This document shows, in pieces, positions 47,339-57,242 of a stretch of DNA of 64,000 bases. Made by a program: the position numbers and the translations under genes. The stretch lies in NCBI GenBank assembly GCA_021081985.1, contig GCA_021081985.1_3639.1; one strand, written 5' to 3'. Below the pieces are notes generated by a model. It searched no databases. It was not told where the DNA came from and saw nothing but the letters and a program-made list of their open reading frames with translations. Each line of letters opens with the position of its first letter. The stretch's first letter is position 1. This stretch comes from a phage.

Positions 47339-48409
47339 ATGGCTACACCAAGTATACCAATCGAGATTTGGGCAGCGGGGGATGTAATTCTCCCTAATAC
47401 TCACGGGGAGAATAAAATAAGACCTATTGACGACCTTTGGTTAAAAGGTTGGGATATGGGAGAAAAACCAGCTTGTGAAGAATTTAACTATGTTCTTCAT
47501 ATGATGACAAGTTGGATAAAATATGTTACAGGGGATCAAATTCCTGAATTAGATACAAGATTTTTAAGAAGAAGTGAAAATCTGTCTGATTTAGCTGACA
47601 AGGAAACATCCAGAGTCAACCTTGATGTGTGGAGCAGATCAGAGGCCGATAACCGTTACGTGAATGTAACGGGAGATACAATGACAGGAGCTTTGTCATT
47701 GCCGAGGTTGAATTTTCAACCTTCTGAAACAGATACTGCGTATATCACAACTACAAATCCGGCTTCTGACTGGACGTACTGGGATTTTGTTCTTGGAGAT
47801 AATCCAGGAACAGCAGGGACAAACGGTGTAGATTCTATACGTTTCCGATTCTCTCCTTCAGGTAACTCTGGGATGTTCACTATGATGGAGCTTAATGCTA
47901 TTAGCTCCTCAGCGGCTTTGTGTAAAGTAACAGGAAATGTTGTTGCCACAGGCACTGTACAAGGAACTAATGTTAATGGCACAAATGCAACATTCACCAC
48001 AACAAGAACATCCTCTTTGACGGCTACAGGACAAATTCAAGGCCAAACTATTGTAGCAACAAGCTCATTAACAACACCATCTGCAAGAGTTAATGGAACA
48101 GCAAACGTAAATGCACTAATTGTAAATAATAACTCTGCTACGGTTGCCGGGAGAAATATCGTAAGATCTGTTAATGGTGTAGGTGCGGATGGTAACGGAA
48201 ATGTTAACTTACCAACAGGAAGTGTTCAGCAAATAAGACTTGGTAATCGTTTCTCTGCTGGGGTTGTTGAGTCTACGTTTTATCCTGGACATGTAATGAC
48301 TGGCTGGGCATTTGGTAATAAAAAGGAATTGAGAGGTGGTTCGTATTACACTGCTCCTTTGCAATATCTTGTGAATGGTCAATGGGTAACAGTGACAAAT
48401 TTAAACTAA
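47339..48409 (+). CDS. tail fiber protein
   Basis: 356 aa, Thr/Asn/Gly-rich repetitive C-terminal half. Confidence 0.5.
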   Translation: MATPSIPIEIWAAGDVILPNTHGENKIRPIDDLWLKGWDMGEKPACEEFNYVLHMMTSWIKYVTGDQIPELDTRFLRRSENLSDLADKETSRVNLDVWSRSEADNRYVNVTGDTMTGALSLPRLNFQPSETDTAYITTTNPASDWTYWDFVLGDNPGTAGTNGVDSIRFRFSPSGNSGMFTMMELNAISSSAALCKVTGNVVATGTVQGTNVNGTNATFTTTRTSSLTATGQIQGQTIVATSSLTTPSARVNGTANVNALIVNNNSATVAGRNIVRSVNGVGADGNGNVNLPTGSVQQIRLGNRFSAGVVESTFYPGHVMTGWAFGNKKELRGGSYYTAPLQYLVNGQWVTVTNLN

Positions 48410-48412
48410 GGG

Positions 48413-48964
48413 GTGCATATGTACAAGATCTATGGTAATTTTCAGCCTTACACACCTGAAAGAACAGAGTATAATTCGGCCTTCATAGATACAGGGGCAG
48501 GTTTCCTTAAAGATAGTGATGGCAGAGATTGGTATGAATTATCAAAAGAACTAGCTGATAACAAAGCGGAAAATCAAAAATTTTTGCTTCTGACTTCGGA
48601 TGATATAGTCCTCTGTGTCTCACAAGACCCGACCGCTTATTTTCCTTATGGAATGAAAATAGTAGTTATTGAGAATCTTACTGTAAACTTAGACCCTAAA
48701 CTCGGGCATATAAAATTTACAGATGGAGAATTTGTTGATTATAACAAAGAAGCGGTAGAACAAGCTCAATCAATTATAGAAACAGAAATGATGTGGGCTT
48801 CTAATCAAATCTCTACCTTGGAGGATATGATCTCTATGGGATTGGGAACAGAGAGTAGAAAAAAATATCTGGAAAAATTAAAAGAGTATCGCATAAAACT
48901 GTTTTCGTTAGACCCTGAAGAAGATATGGATATTTCTTTACCAGACAGACCTTCTAAAAAATAA
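48413..48964 (+). CDS. tail fiber assembly-like protein
   Basis: 183 aa directly after a fiber gene. Confidence 0.4.
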   Translation: MHMYKIYGNFQPYTPERTEYNSAFIDTGAGFLKDSDGRDWYELSKELADNKAENQKFLLLTSDDIVLCVSQDPTAYFPYGMKIVVIENLTVNLDPKLGHIKFTDGEFVDYNKEAVEQAQSIIETEMMWASNQISTLEDMISMGLGTESRKKYLEKLKEYRIKLFSLDPEEDMDISLPDRPSKK

Positions 48965-48975
48965 GGAGACAAGGA

Positions 48976-49290
48976 ATGTCTATTGACCTATTTGCTATCT
49001 TAAAAGCCGTATGGGGCGTTTTGACGTTTTTCTTAGTTGGTGTTCTGAAGTTAACATACTCAGACTATAAAAAGACACAGCAACGTCTTGATGAACTTGA
49101 TAGGGACATCATAAGAATTAAGGCAGAGATGGTCACTAAAGAGAAACTTGATGAGATTCTTGATAAAAAACTGAAAGCTGTCCGCGATGATGTTTCAGAT
49201 TTTAGAAAAGACTTAAAAGAGGATGTGAGCAGTTTGAGAGTTGATCTTATAGACCAGCTTAAAATTCTTATAGAGAGTCAAATGAAATGA
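48976..49290 (+). CDS. small membrane protein with coiled-coil
   Basis: 104 aa; N-terminal TM helix LFAILKAVWGVLTFFLVGVL then charged helix. Confidence 0.4.
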   Translation: MSIDLFAILKAVWGVLTFFLVGVLKLTYSDYKKTQQRLDELDRDIIRIKAEMVTKEKLDEILDKKLKAVRDDVSDFRKDLKEDVSSLRVDLIDQLKILIESQMK

Positions 49291-49760
49291 TAAGTTCTGC
49301 ACTGTACTTTATATGCTTTGCAGTGCTACTTCTCGATAATGATAAAGGGATCCGAGCCATGTCAGTATTTGGCATGGTTCATATCGTGGCAGAGAATATA
49401 TTATACTGGTGGTTCTGTTCCCATATCTACGCATTTGACTTGTCACTCTACCTAACCTTTTGTTGGTTCTTGGATATATCTCTGATTTTCTTTACTGCAT
49501 GTGCTTTGACAGGATGGAGAAAAAAGCTAATGCTTGCATTATCTCTTCCTGTTCTGTTTTGCCAAATTTTAGTTATGCAGTTCCCATTTATTTTACCAAG
49601 CGCATTAGGCTTCACGATAAATTCATCATATCCGACATTTATGGAAGCTCTTTTATTATGCGCCGCATACAAAAGCGGTACAATAAAAGAATTGCTTGAG
49701 ACTTCTGTTGTTGTTGGTTTCATAATTATAGCCAGAATTGTTCCTGGAGTAAATTATTGA
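49287..49760 (+). CDS. polytopic membrane protein
   Basis: 157 aa with about four hydrophobic segments. Confidence 0.45.
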   Translation: MISSALYFICFAVLLLDNDKGIRAMSVFGMVHIVAENILYWWFCSHIYAFDLSLYLTFCWFLDISLIFFTACALTGWRKKLMLALSLPVLFCQILVMQFPFILPSALGFTINSSYPTFMEALLLCAAYKSGTIKELLETSVVVGFIIIARIVPGVNY

Positions 49761-49775
49761 GGATTCTAATGTATT

Positions 49776-50039
49776 ATGCTAAAATCAATATTGAAATTTT
49801 TAAAAGATCTTGTCAGATCCCCAGTAAATCCAGAGAAGGCATCTCACACAAAATTTTGGAGTAATATCGGATTAGCTGCAATGACAGCAGTTTTTTTAGA
49901 TTGGGGTTTCAAAGGCACATTAACGGAGTGGTATATGTGGGTGTATGCCCCCACAGTAGCTGCCCCGCAGTTAATAAGTAAGTTAATATCTCTACGTTGG
50001 GGTGTAGAAGCACAACGTAGGGAAGAGTCAGACCAATAA
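49776..50039 (+). CDS. small membrane protein
   Basis: 87 aa with one hydrophobic segment. Confidence 0.35.
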   Translation: MLKSILKFLKDLVRSPVNPEKASHTKFWSNIGLAAMTAVFLDWGFKGTLTEWYMWVYAPTVAAPQLISKLISLRWGVEAQRREESDQ

Positions 50040-50049
50040 GGAGATTCTT

Positions 50050-51804
50050 GTGGCAGACATGACTAAATTTGAACAGGCGGTCGATCAGGTTGTAGAAGAT
50101 TCTGAACGCCTTCATAAAGTTGTCAATGGAGCAGCTACTGAAACTGTAGTTACAGAGGATGGCAGTCTGATACCTACAGTCAGAAAAGCATTTCTTGACA
50201 ATTTATTCTTTAAAACACCTCCACTGCCGTGGGTTGCTGGACAACAGACGACGGTATTTAATCAGTTGTATGCCTATACAGGGGAAAGAGGTGTCCAATG
50301 GTGGTATGCACCCGGTGCGACAGAGAGTTCGCCTGTAACACTACCTCCTAATCCAGTCAATAATGTTAACTGGAGATTATACAACGATTTAGAATCTATG
50401 TCTCAGCTATTTGCGCCTATTGACAGCCCTATTTTTACAGGGAACCCTCAAGCACCAACACCATCAGCGGATAGTAACAGTACAACTCTGGCAACAACAC
50501 AATTCGTTACTAGAGCTATTGCTACTGCTTTGGCTGGAATTGCGGGTGGCAACGGTACATTCGCGGATCTTACTGTAACAGGTTTAGCGAGTCTTAATAC
50601 GCTTTCTGTTGGCGGTGTGTCAACATTTAATGGGCCTGTTAATGCTGAAAATCAAACAGGAAAATTCCAGAATCTTATCTTAACAAAAGATAATTCAAGT
50701 CTATCTTTTGCCTACAGTGATGATTCTAACCCGACGTTTATAAAAACAAGGCTTGAAGCATACTCAGCGCAGACACATCAGTTACATACAGACATCATCA
50801 TAAACGGTGTGCCAGTAGCAGACAATACAACAATGTCTTTCACAGGTCTTGGTAATAATACCTTCGACTATGTTTACATTACAGGTAACTCTAAAAAAGA
50901 CCCTTCTGAAGCTCGTCTTAAAGTCTTTGGGATGACAGAACTTGAAAACTTAAAGATCACAGGTACTGTAACAGGACTTTCTTTTTCTGTCAATGGGGAA
51001 GATATCTCGCCTAATTCTGTAACAACGGCACAAGGGGTTACTGTAGGTGGTGATTTACAAGTCAATGGTAACACCAATCTCAACAGTACAACATGTGAGA
51101 GCTTAGAAGTTACTAACAACCTTGTTGTTAATGGACAAGCCAGCCTCAAAGATTTCTCCTCTACAACTGGTAATGTCACAGGGCTATTAACTTTGGGGGA
51201 GGGATTTACTGCTACTGGCGACGGGTCTGTAGGCGGTGATCTAACTGTCAACGGAACTTCAACCCTTGGTAAGATAATATCTGATGGCGATGTGACTTTA
51301 AATAGATCTTCTGGCACAACAACAGTAAACAATTTGGTTGTTAAGGGGACTGTATCTGGTATTACGTTTGATTTGACAGGACAAAACGTAAACGTAGCAT
51401 CTCTTTCTGCTCAAAGCAGTGTAACAACAAATCAGTTATTTGTTAACGGCCAGGCACAACTTTCTTCCACCAATGTAAGTTTTCTAACTTTACAATCGGA
51501 AGAGGTTGACGATCCAACAGCAACATGGACACCAAGCGGCACATCCAACATTTATAATATCACAGTGAATAAAAATCTGACAATCGGAGCATGGCCTGAT
51601 CCACAGCAACCTTTCTCCGCTATGATTTATCTGACGCAGGATGCCACAGGTGGACACAGTGTGATTCTGGATCCTAATTATGTTGTCCTTAACAGCGAAA
51701 CTGTTAATACAGCAGCAAATTCAGTTACCATCCTTCAATTAACCTTTAACGGTGTTGAAGATGGGGTTGTTGACACCATTATTGTCCGTAGACCACAACC
51801 ATAA
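50050..51804 (+). CDS. tail fiber protein
   Basis: 584 aa; fiber motif SPIFTGNPQAPTP...LATTQFV; Thr/Gly/Asn-rich beta-repeat C-terminal half. Confidence 0.6.
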   Translation: MADMTKFEQAVDQVVEDSERLHKVVNGAATETVVTEDGSLIPTVRKAFLDNLFFKTPPLPWVAGQQTTVFNQLYAYTGERGVQWWYAPGATESSPVTLPPNPVNNVNWRLYNDLESMSQLFAPIDSPIFTGNPQAPTPSADSNSTTLATTQFVTRAIATALAGIAGGNGTFADLTVTGLASLNTLSVGGVSTFNGPVNAENQTGKFQNLILTKDNSSLSFAYSDDSNPTFIKTRLEAYSAQTHQLHTDIIINGVPVADNTTMSFTGLGNNTFDYVYITGNSKKDPSEARLKVFGMTELENLKITGTVTGLSFSVNGEDISPNSVTTAQGVTVGGDLQVNGNTNLNSTTCESLEVTNNLVVNGQASLKDFSSTTGNVTGLLTLGEGFTATGDGSVGGDLTVNGTSTLGKIISDGDVTLNRSSGTTTVNNLVVKGTVSGITFDLTGQNVNVASLSAQSSVTTNQLFVNGQAQLSSTNVSFLTLQSEEVDDPTATWTPSGTSNIYNITVNKNLTIGAWPDPQQPFSAMIYLTQDATGGHSVILDPNYVVLNSETVNTAANSVTILQLTFNGVEDGVVDTIIVRRPQP

Positions 51805-51808
51805 TATA

Positions 51809-51835
51809 AAAGGCCACAGCAGTGGCCTTTGTTTT
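51809..51835 (+). terminator. rho-independent terminator
   Basis: AGGCCAC-agca-GTGGCCT followed by TTGTTTT. Confidence 0.65.
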
Positions 51836-51845
51836 AGGAGGATTA

Positions 51846-53789
51846 ATGTATCCAATTCCTTGTTTTTATATCATAATTTCCAATAACCCTCTAGCCAACT
51901 CCATTTCCTTAACCTCCCTCGGTACGTGTCTTAAAGGAGGCAAAGCACAATTAATATGGTCTGTTGTGCCGGAAGGTGCAGACTTGCATGATATAACATT
52001 TACACCAGACAAACCGACGATTGTATCTGTTGATCCTACGGGGCTAGTATCTTTTCTTGAAGATGGTGATTTTATCATTACAATGTCTGCAAAGACTGGC
52101 AAAGGAGACGAAGAAAAGACCTTAACAGCGCAAATCAATGGTCATATCGATACACTACGCATTGATGTTGATCCTATAGGCAGCAGAAGCATTAATGATA
52201 GATTCTGGTTTGTCTACAAAGGCGACCCGTCTTTTGACCCAAGCAATCCGAATCCGAATATGATTGGCTTTAACATCTCTCCAGCAGAAGTTATGGAGGA
52301 GGATGACTTTTATGTCACCGCAGTTTCTGAAACACCTGATATATTAAGTCTGGCTCCTAGTGGTATCATCACATGTGTTAGTAAAGGTGTTGGGCATTGT
52401 GGTATGAAAGGAACCTATAAGGATGTGACAGTAACGACACTTACCGATGTATATGTAGATATAGCACCACAACTTATAAATCCGACTGCTGTAGCCAACA
52501 GTTATGGTGACGTTAAGATAGCGTGGGATGTTCAATTTCCCTCCTTGGATGATATTTATACCGTAGAGGTTTATGATTCTGAAGGGATGGAGGTTGTGTG
52601 GAGTAAGAAAACCAAAGACACATTCGTATTCTTTGATGTTACAGAATCAGTGCCTATCTTTGGATTTGCCCCTACATATCTTAAAGTGGTCATCAAAGGA
52701 TCAGATCCAGAAACACAACCTATATCTTTTAATAATAATGTAACTGTTGACGACTCTTTTGTTAAAGAGGTGCTTGTTTTTGCTGGCGGTGATAACGCAG
52801 CAGCACATTTTAACTCTTTTTCTGGTAGGGATAAAACAAGCCAAAGTGCAACCGTAGCACGTAATGAGTATGCTCTTAGCAAAGGGTTTTACCCAGCAGA
52901 AGTATTACCAATCAATGCCGCATTCATTACATCTTGTGCAGAAGCACAGGCAAACTCCTCTACAGGGTTAGCCACAAATTACTGGTATGACGTTAGTTCC
53001 TCCACAGCAGGTCCGTGTCTAACACAATTCCTTGCGAAGGTTAAACCTTATAAGGATAAAATTAAGGCTGTTTTCTGGTCGTTAGGGGAACAAGATGCCA
53101 TGGTAGCAGCAGCAAAACAGGAGGGGAAACATAGCGATGATGCTCGTTTTCAGACTGCTATGACCGCCATCTTTGAAAATATCCGATCTGTTATCACAAA
53201 TCCTGAAGCTAAGATTGTATTGCAGACACTTGGTAGATGCTTTGATGATAGTGTGGAAGTAGGTGGTGTTGAGTGGTATCGTTATAGAAGTATTCAACAA
53301 CAGTTAGTGGTAGATTCCGGGGGTGAGGTTATAATTGGCTCTTGGGTTGATGGTGCTGAACACTATGGCAATTATGTTGTTTCAGGGGCAGGTGATGGTT
53401 TAAGAATACAGTACCGACCAACAATTTATAAGAATGCCGCAGTATCCTTGGCTAACATGGAGGACTTGTCGAACACACCTCCTGTTTGGGTGGATATGAA
53501 AGTTCCCATGGGAGGAAAGGCAGTAAGGCAAGCAAACCAGGATATTCTTTTATCATGGGATACCAGAGGCTACAACAAGTTCTTTCTTGTTAACTTTGAT
53601 GTCCTGACAGGGGCTGTTATATCCCAACAAACATTGACCACCAATAGTTACACATTTACCTACGCAGATCAAGTAAAACAATACGGGTATGCTGCGGGTA
53701 CAGTTTTGTTTGGTGTTGCATATGTTCAAACAACCAGTAAAGGTGATATTACATCTCCGTTGGCGAAATTCAGTATCAATGTAGCGTGA
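51846..53789 (+). CDS. tail-associated protein, possible C-terminal esterase-like domain
   Basis: ORF track 51822..53789; start moved to ATG after RBS AGGAGG. C-terminal half has VFAGGDN...DGAEHY, loosely SGNH-esterase-like. Confidence 0.45.
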   Translation: MYPIPCFYIIISNNPLANSISLTSLGTCLKGGKAQLIWSVVPEGADLHDITFTPDKPTIVSVDPTGLVSFLEDGDFIITMSAKTGKGDEEKTLTAQINGHIDTLRIDVDPIGSRSINDRFWFVYKGDPSFDPSNPNPNMIGFNISPAEVMEEDDFYVTAVSETPDILSLAPSGIITCVSKGVGHCGMKGTYKDVTVTTLTDVYVDIAPQLINPTAVANSYGDVKIAWDVQFPSLDDIYTVEVYDSEGMEVVWSKKTKDTFVFFDVTESVPIFGFAPTYLKVVIKGSDPETQPISFNNNVTVDDSFVKEVLVFAGGDNAAAHFNSFSGRDKTSQSATVARNEYALSKGFYPAEVLPINAAFITSCAEAQANSSTGLATNYWYDVSSSTAGPCLTQFLAKVKPYKDKIKAVFWSLGEQDAMVAAAKQEGKHSDDARFQTAMTAIFENIRSVITNPEAKIVLQTLGRCFDDSVEVGGVEWYRYRSIQQQLVVDSGGEVIIGSWVDGAEHYGNYVVSGAGDGLRIQYRPTIYKNAAVSLANMEDLSNTPPVWVDMKVPMGGKAVRQANQDILLSWDTRGYNKFFLVNFDVLTGAVISQQTLTTNSYTFTYADQVKQYGYAAGTVLFGVAYVQTTSKGDITSPLAKFSINVA

Positions 53790-53796
53790 TAGCAAA

Positions 53797-53828
53797 ATAA
53801 AAGGGAGCTAAAAGCTCCCTTTTATTCT
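53797..53828. terminator. bidirectional terminator between convergent genes
   Basis: AAGGGAGC-taaa-GCTCCCTT with T/A runs on both sides. Confidence 0.7.
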
Positions 53829-54214
53829 AACTCACCTTTATAGGTGTATGGAATGTTATAATGGCTACATATTTGGTCAAGGATTTTTATAAGCAAATAC
53901 CTGTGGCAAAAGCCTCCTCCTTTACAATAACATGCAATTGCAAGAGGATCTTTAGTATTACAGAAATCAACAAACCACTGCTTATCTCTAATATATCTTT
54001 CCCTCATAATAGAGAGATACTCTTTTTCATATTGTTCTTTACCGATTGTCCCCTCTTTGTATGCCCACAAAAGATTTTTTGTTGGTGCTAACCATCTTTC
54101 ACCACAATGGTGTACTCCACTTTTTAATGTACAGTCAATAATCTGAATGTCTTGTTTCTTTGCAAGCCTCCATTTAGAGAGTTGCATTGTGTATATTTCC
54201 ATTAGAATACTCAC
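53822..54214 (-). CDS. DUF488 (YeaO)-like protein
   Basis: 130 aa; recalled resemblance to YeaO-family small proteins. Confidence 0.4.
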   Translation of the reverse strand: MSILMEIYTMQLSKWRLAKKQDIQIIDCTLKSGVHHCGERWLAPTKNLLWAYKEGTIGKEQYEKEYLSIMRERYIRDKQWFVDFCNTKDPLAIACYCKGGGFCHRYLLIKILDQICSHYNIPYTYKGELE

Positions 54215-54221
54215 TTTAACA

Positions 54222-54255
54222 GCAAATAAAAATGGAGGGTTCCACCCTCCATTTT
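54222..54255 (-). terminator. rho-independent terminator (minus strand)
   Basis: AATGGAGGGT-gga-ACCCTCCATT followed by TTTTATTT on the minus strand. Confidence 0.65.
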
Positions 54256-54264
54256 GTGTATTAA

Positions 54265-55482
54265 TTAAAGAATGTATACCCGATGTTTACCGTACTGTAG
54301 ACCTACAGGACTGAAAGGGATATCTTCATCATAGTCAAATTCAGGTGCTGGCGATTCCATATTCGGAATATCGCTATTGGAACTGTTCAAAGGTTCCTTA
54401 GCATGCTGTTTGTTCTTTTGTTGTGTCTTCCCATCACCTTTAGATAAGAACTCGTAAAACGGCTCTGATAGTGTTAGGTAAACATCTTTGGCGGCATTCA
54501 GAATACTATCTTCTGTTAGTTTATCGGTTTGATGATACAAAGCACAAGCCACTAAGATAGCATTACCCGCACTAGCGCCCACCGCATTAGATTCCACATC
54601 TTTTCCTGTTTTCTCTGCCACAAAAGCCTTCATAGCTACTGTAGCGTTGTGAACCATTTTCGCAGCAGAGAGACGATCCTCAATCTTAAAACCAGCTTTA
54701 ATGAGTTCCTTCACACCGTTGATGCCGTGCCCACAAGCAACACCTAAAGCATCATAACCACCAGATGACTTCTTAGTCTGCCCAGCAGGACCGTAGGCTT
54801 TAAACCCACCTAAGACCGTACCATCACTTAGGTTAACAATCGCAGTGACACGACCACCTACTACAACTTGCGACAATTGCTCATCTGTGAGGACAAGGTT
54901 TCCTTGACCATTCTTCTCATCATTAACTGTCACCACATTGCCAACGATTGCAGCAATCTCACCATAAATTTTAGTGCCTTTAACTTGGGCATTTGCAGGT
55001 GATTGGGTCGAAGATTGCTGGCGAGGAGCACTTTGACCAACTTTACTTTCATCGAGAATGCTGAAGGTCTTTCCGTTTAAAGTGCCGTTTGTATACGTTT
55101 TATCCCCACTCTTAGTAATTTTGAGAGGGAAAGAAACAACCATCCCCGCCACAATATCTTTGTATCCAGAATCAAATTTCACCTGAATTTTGTCTGCATG
55201 GCTTGGGTGAAGTTTTTTCTCACCCATAGAAATCCACTCACCTTGGCTCTGTGGGTCAATAACGTTGTTATTATCGTCAACCTCTTGCATCAGGAAACTG
55301 ATTGAGTGCGTAGCCTCAATAACTTTAGCTGGTTGCCCTTTGCGAGCAGGGATATGGGTACGCCGGATACCATCTGCGTCAGCGTTTTTCACTGGACGAA
55401 TATTAACATACTTGATAAAACCTTTCGCAAAATAATCAACTTTTCCGTTGATTGGATTCTTAAATTCATTGATTACGCTCAT
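54265..55482 (-). CDS. hypothetical protein
   Basis: 405 aa; Gly/Val-rich core; acidic EFDYDEDIPF motif close to, but not at, the C-terminus. Confidence 0.5.
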   Translation of the reverse strand: MSVINEFKNPINGKVDYFAKGFIKYVNIRPVKNADADGIRRTHIPARKGQPAKVIEATHSISFLMQEVDDNNNVIDPQSQGEWISMGEKKLHPSHADKIQVKFDSGYKDIVAGMVVSFPLKITKSGDKTYTNGTLNGKTFSILDESKVGQSAPRQQSSTQSPANAQVKGTKIYGEIAAIVGNVVTVNDEKNGQGNLVLTDEQLSQVVVGGRVTAIVNLSDGTVLGGFKAYGPAGQTKKSSGGYDALGVACGHGINGVKELIKAGFKIEDRLSAAKMVHNATVAMKAFVAEKTGKDVESNAVGASAGNAILVACALYHQTDKLTEDSILNAAKDVYLTLSEPFYEFLSKGDGKTQQKNKQHAKEPLNSSNSDIPNMESPAPEFDYDEDIPFSPVGLQYGKHRVYIL

Positions 55483-55496
55483 TCTCTCTCCTTTTA

Positions 55497-55838
55497 TTAC
55501 TTAACGCCTTCAGCAGTTTCGTTTCCAACGCTCAACATTTTATCTACCACTAAATCTTCAACTTGATTTAGCAGGTTCAATGCAAAAGTGGAAGCAGTAT
55601 TTAATTTCAACAAATTGTTGCGGTGTCCTCGGATCCATGAAATTGCATCCTCTACCGTTTTATAGTTACCACTTTGGATGAGCTTCAGCATCTCTTCTCG
55701 AATTTCTTTCGACCCGATTACTGTTCCCATCTGGTGACTGGCGCTGGACAAGTATACGATTGTTCCAAACTGCCCTTCATCAAGATCAAGAAAACGGATA
55801 TCCTCTTTATTTTCAGGTGTTTGTTTTTCTTTAGGCAT
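55497..55838 (-). CDS. hypothetical protein
   Basis: 113 aa. Confidence 0.4.
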   Translation of the reverse strand: MPKEKQTPENKEDIRFLDLDEGQFGTIVYLSSASHQMGTVIGSKEIREEMLKLIQSGNYKTVEDAISWIRGHRNNLLKLNTASTFALNLLNQVEDLVVDKMLSVGNETAEGVK

Positions 55839-55894
55839 GTCTATTCCTTACAAGGTTGTTGAGTATCACATCTTACACTATGCATGCATGTATG

Positions 55895-56086
55895 TCAAGA
55901 TGATTTTTTGTCTTTTTCTTGGAGAAAAGACAGGACAAATGCTGTAACCGCTATAATCAAAGGGGGCATGACAACAATTGCCCATGGTAGGTATAGAGGG
56001 GCAAGAACTAACCACCAAGACCAGTCTATAATCTCACACAACTTCAACGCTATGAAGAGAATGCTTAACGCAGATAAAAATCTCAT
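55895..56086 (-). CDS. hypothetical small membrane protein
   Basis: 63 aa with two hydrophobic segments. Confidence 0.3.
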   Translation of the reverse strand: MRFLSALSILFIALKLCEIIDWSWWLVLAPLYLPWAIVVMPPLIIAVTAFVLSFLQEKDKKSS

Positions 56087-56093
56087 AAAAACC

Positions 56094-56375
56094 TCAAGAG
56101 AAAAACTCTTCTATAACTTCCCAAATCCTTTCCGAATCCCCTCCTGAAAGGATACTCCAAATAACCATATCTTGATAGCCTTTCTTACACACATCCACTT
56201 GTCGAAATGCTTTGTGGAAACCCTCTGGACAACCATATTCCACAGGGAGCATATCCACATTATCTTCGAAATATTTAAGTAGCAATTCCTCTTCCAAAGA
56301 GGGATTGTTGCGAAGTTTCTCTTTGAGATTCTCAACAAGTTGTGCACCTGTTAACTTTTTGTTTGTCATGTCCAA
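56094..56375 (-). CDS. hypothetical protein
   Basis: 93 aa. Confidence 0.4.
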   Translation of the reverse strand: MDMTNKKLTGAQLVENLKEKLRNNPSLEEELLLKYFEDNVDMLPVEYGCPEGFHKAFRQVDVCKKGYQDMVIWSILSGGDSERIWEVIEEFFS

Positions 56376-56722
56376 TCTCCATTTTTAATTTCCAGTATAT
56401 CTACGCTCTCTGTTGGTACAAAACCAACAACAGGCTTCATACATTTCTCTTTTACATTGTCGAAAACATACATTTCATCCAATGCTTTTTGTGTTGTGCA
56501 CGATTCCCAGTTTTTTGTGTACTCTTTGTAACCATCCTCGTAAAGGAGAAAGTAGTTAATAGTTGTTGCCCCAAGAATAACGAATATAACAAAAGAGACA
56601 ACAACGTGTTTCCATGTTCCTTTATACGATAAAATGAAAGCCCAAATAGAACACAACACATAAAACGATAAAGCAGGGAACCAGTTATTATGCACTTGGA
56701 CCCACTCTAAAAAAGACATCAT
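56366..56722 (-). CDS. hypothetical membrane protein
   Basis: 118 aa with hydrophobic N-terminal half. Confidence 0.4.
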   Translation of the reverse strand: MMSFLEWVQVHNNWFPALSFYVLCSIWAFILSYKGTWKHVVVSFVIFVILGATTINYFLLYEDGYKEYTKNWESCTTQKALDEMYVFDNVKEKCMKPVVGFVPTESVDILEIKNGDWT

Positions 56723-56726
56723 GTCT

Positions 56727-57020
56727 CTATCCTTTATTCATATATCTCTTCCAGTCAGAAACAATGTTAGATGCAAGCTGATAAATTCCGTTGGCATGTC
56801 CATCAGTTTTTGCTGCCGCTTTTACATACGGTAGGGATTGTTCGAGAGCATCCACAATCAAGGGACACATTGCAATAGCCAAAGCTAGATTCCCGTTTTC
56901 AGCGGTACAGATTGGGGAGTAGCTCTCCATTCCGTTTCCGTATTTCTCAAGACTACCTTTAACAATAACTTGGTTTTCACCAAACAAATCCTCGTGATGT
57001 TCCCACATTTCTTTGGTCAT
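56727..57020 (-). CDS. hypothetical protein
   Basis: 97 aa. Confidence 0.4.
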   Translation of the reverse strand: MTKEMWEHHEDLFGENQVIVKGSLEKYGNGMESYSPICTAENGNLALAIAMCPLIVDALEQSLPYVKAAAKTDGHANGIYQLASNIVSDWKRYMNKG

Positions 57021-57242
57021 CTAGTTATTCCTCAATTTTGCCATTGCATTATTAAATATTTTTTCGAGTTTCCTGTATTTAATCTTTTGTTTTATGCTTA
57101 ACTTTTGTCGGACTCCACCAACCATTGCGCCATAATACTTAAATAAAACAACACGTCTATTGCTTACTTTTAATACTTGGGATTCCCTTTTCCTTGGCAG
57201 GAGAAGGATTTTAGCTTTGCGATTTTTCATCTTTATCTCCAA
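57021..57242 (-). CDS. hypothetical small basic protein
   Basis: 73 aa. Confidence 0.35.
   Translation of the reverse strand: MEIKMKNRKAKILLLPRKRESQVLKVSNRRVVLFKYYGAMVGGVRQKLSIKQKIKYRKLEKIFNNAMAKLRNN

Noticed and set aside
50874-51332. 152-aa minus-strand ORF inside the fiber gene
   Set aside because: Antisense to the repetitive fiber coding sequence; Pro/Val/Thr-rich translation typical of a shadow frame
54265-55482. Single-stranded DNA-binding protein call based on the acidic DYDEDIPF motif
   Set aside because: The motif is about 15 residues from the C-terminus rather than at the tip, and no OB-fold signature was recognised; left as hypothetical
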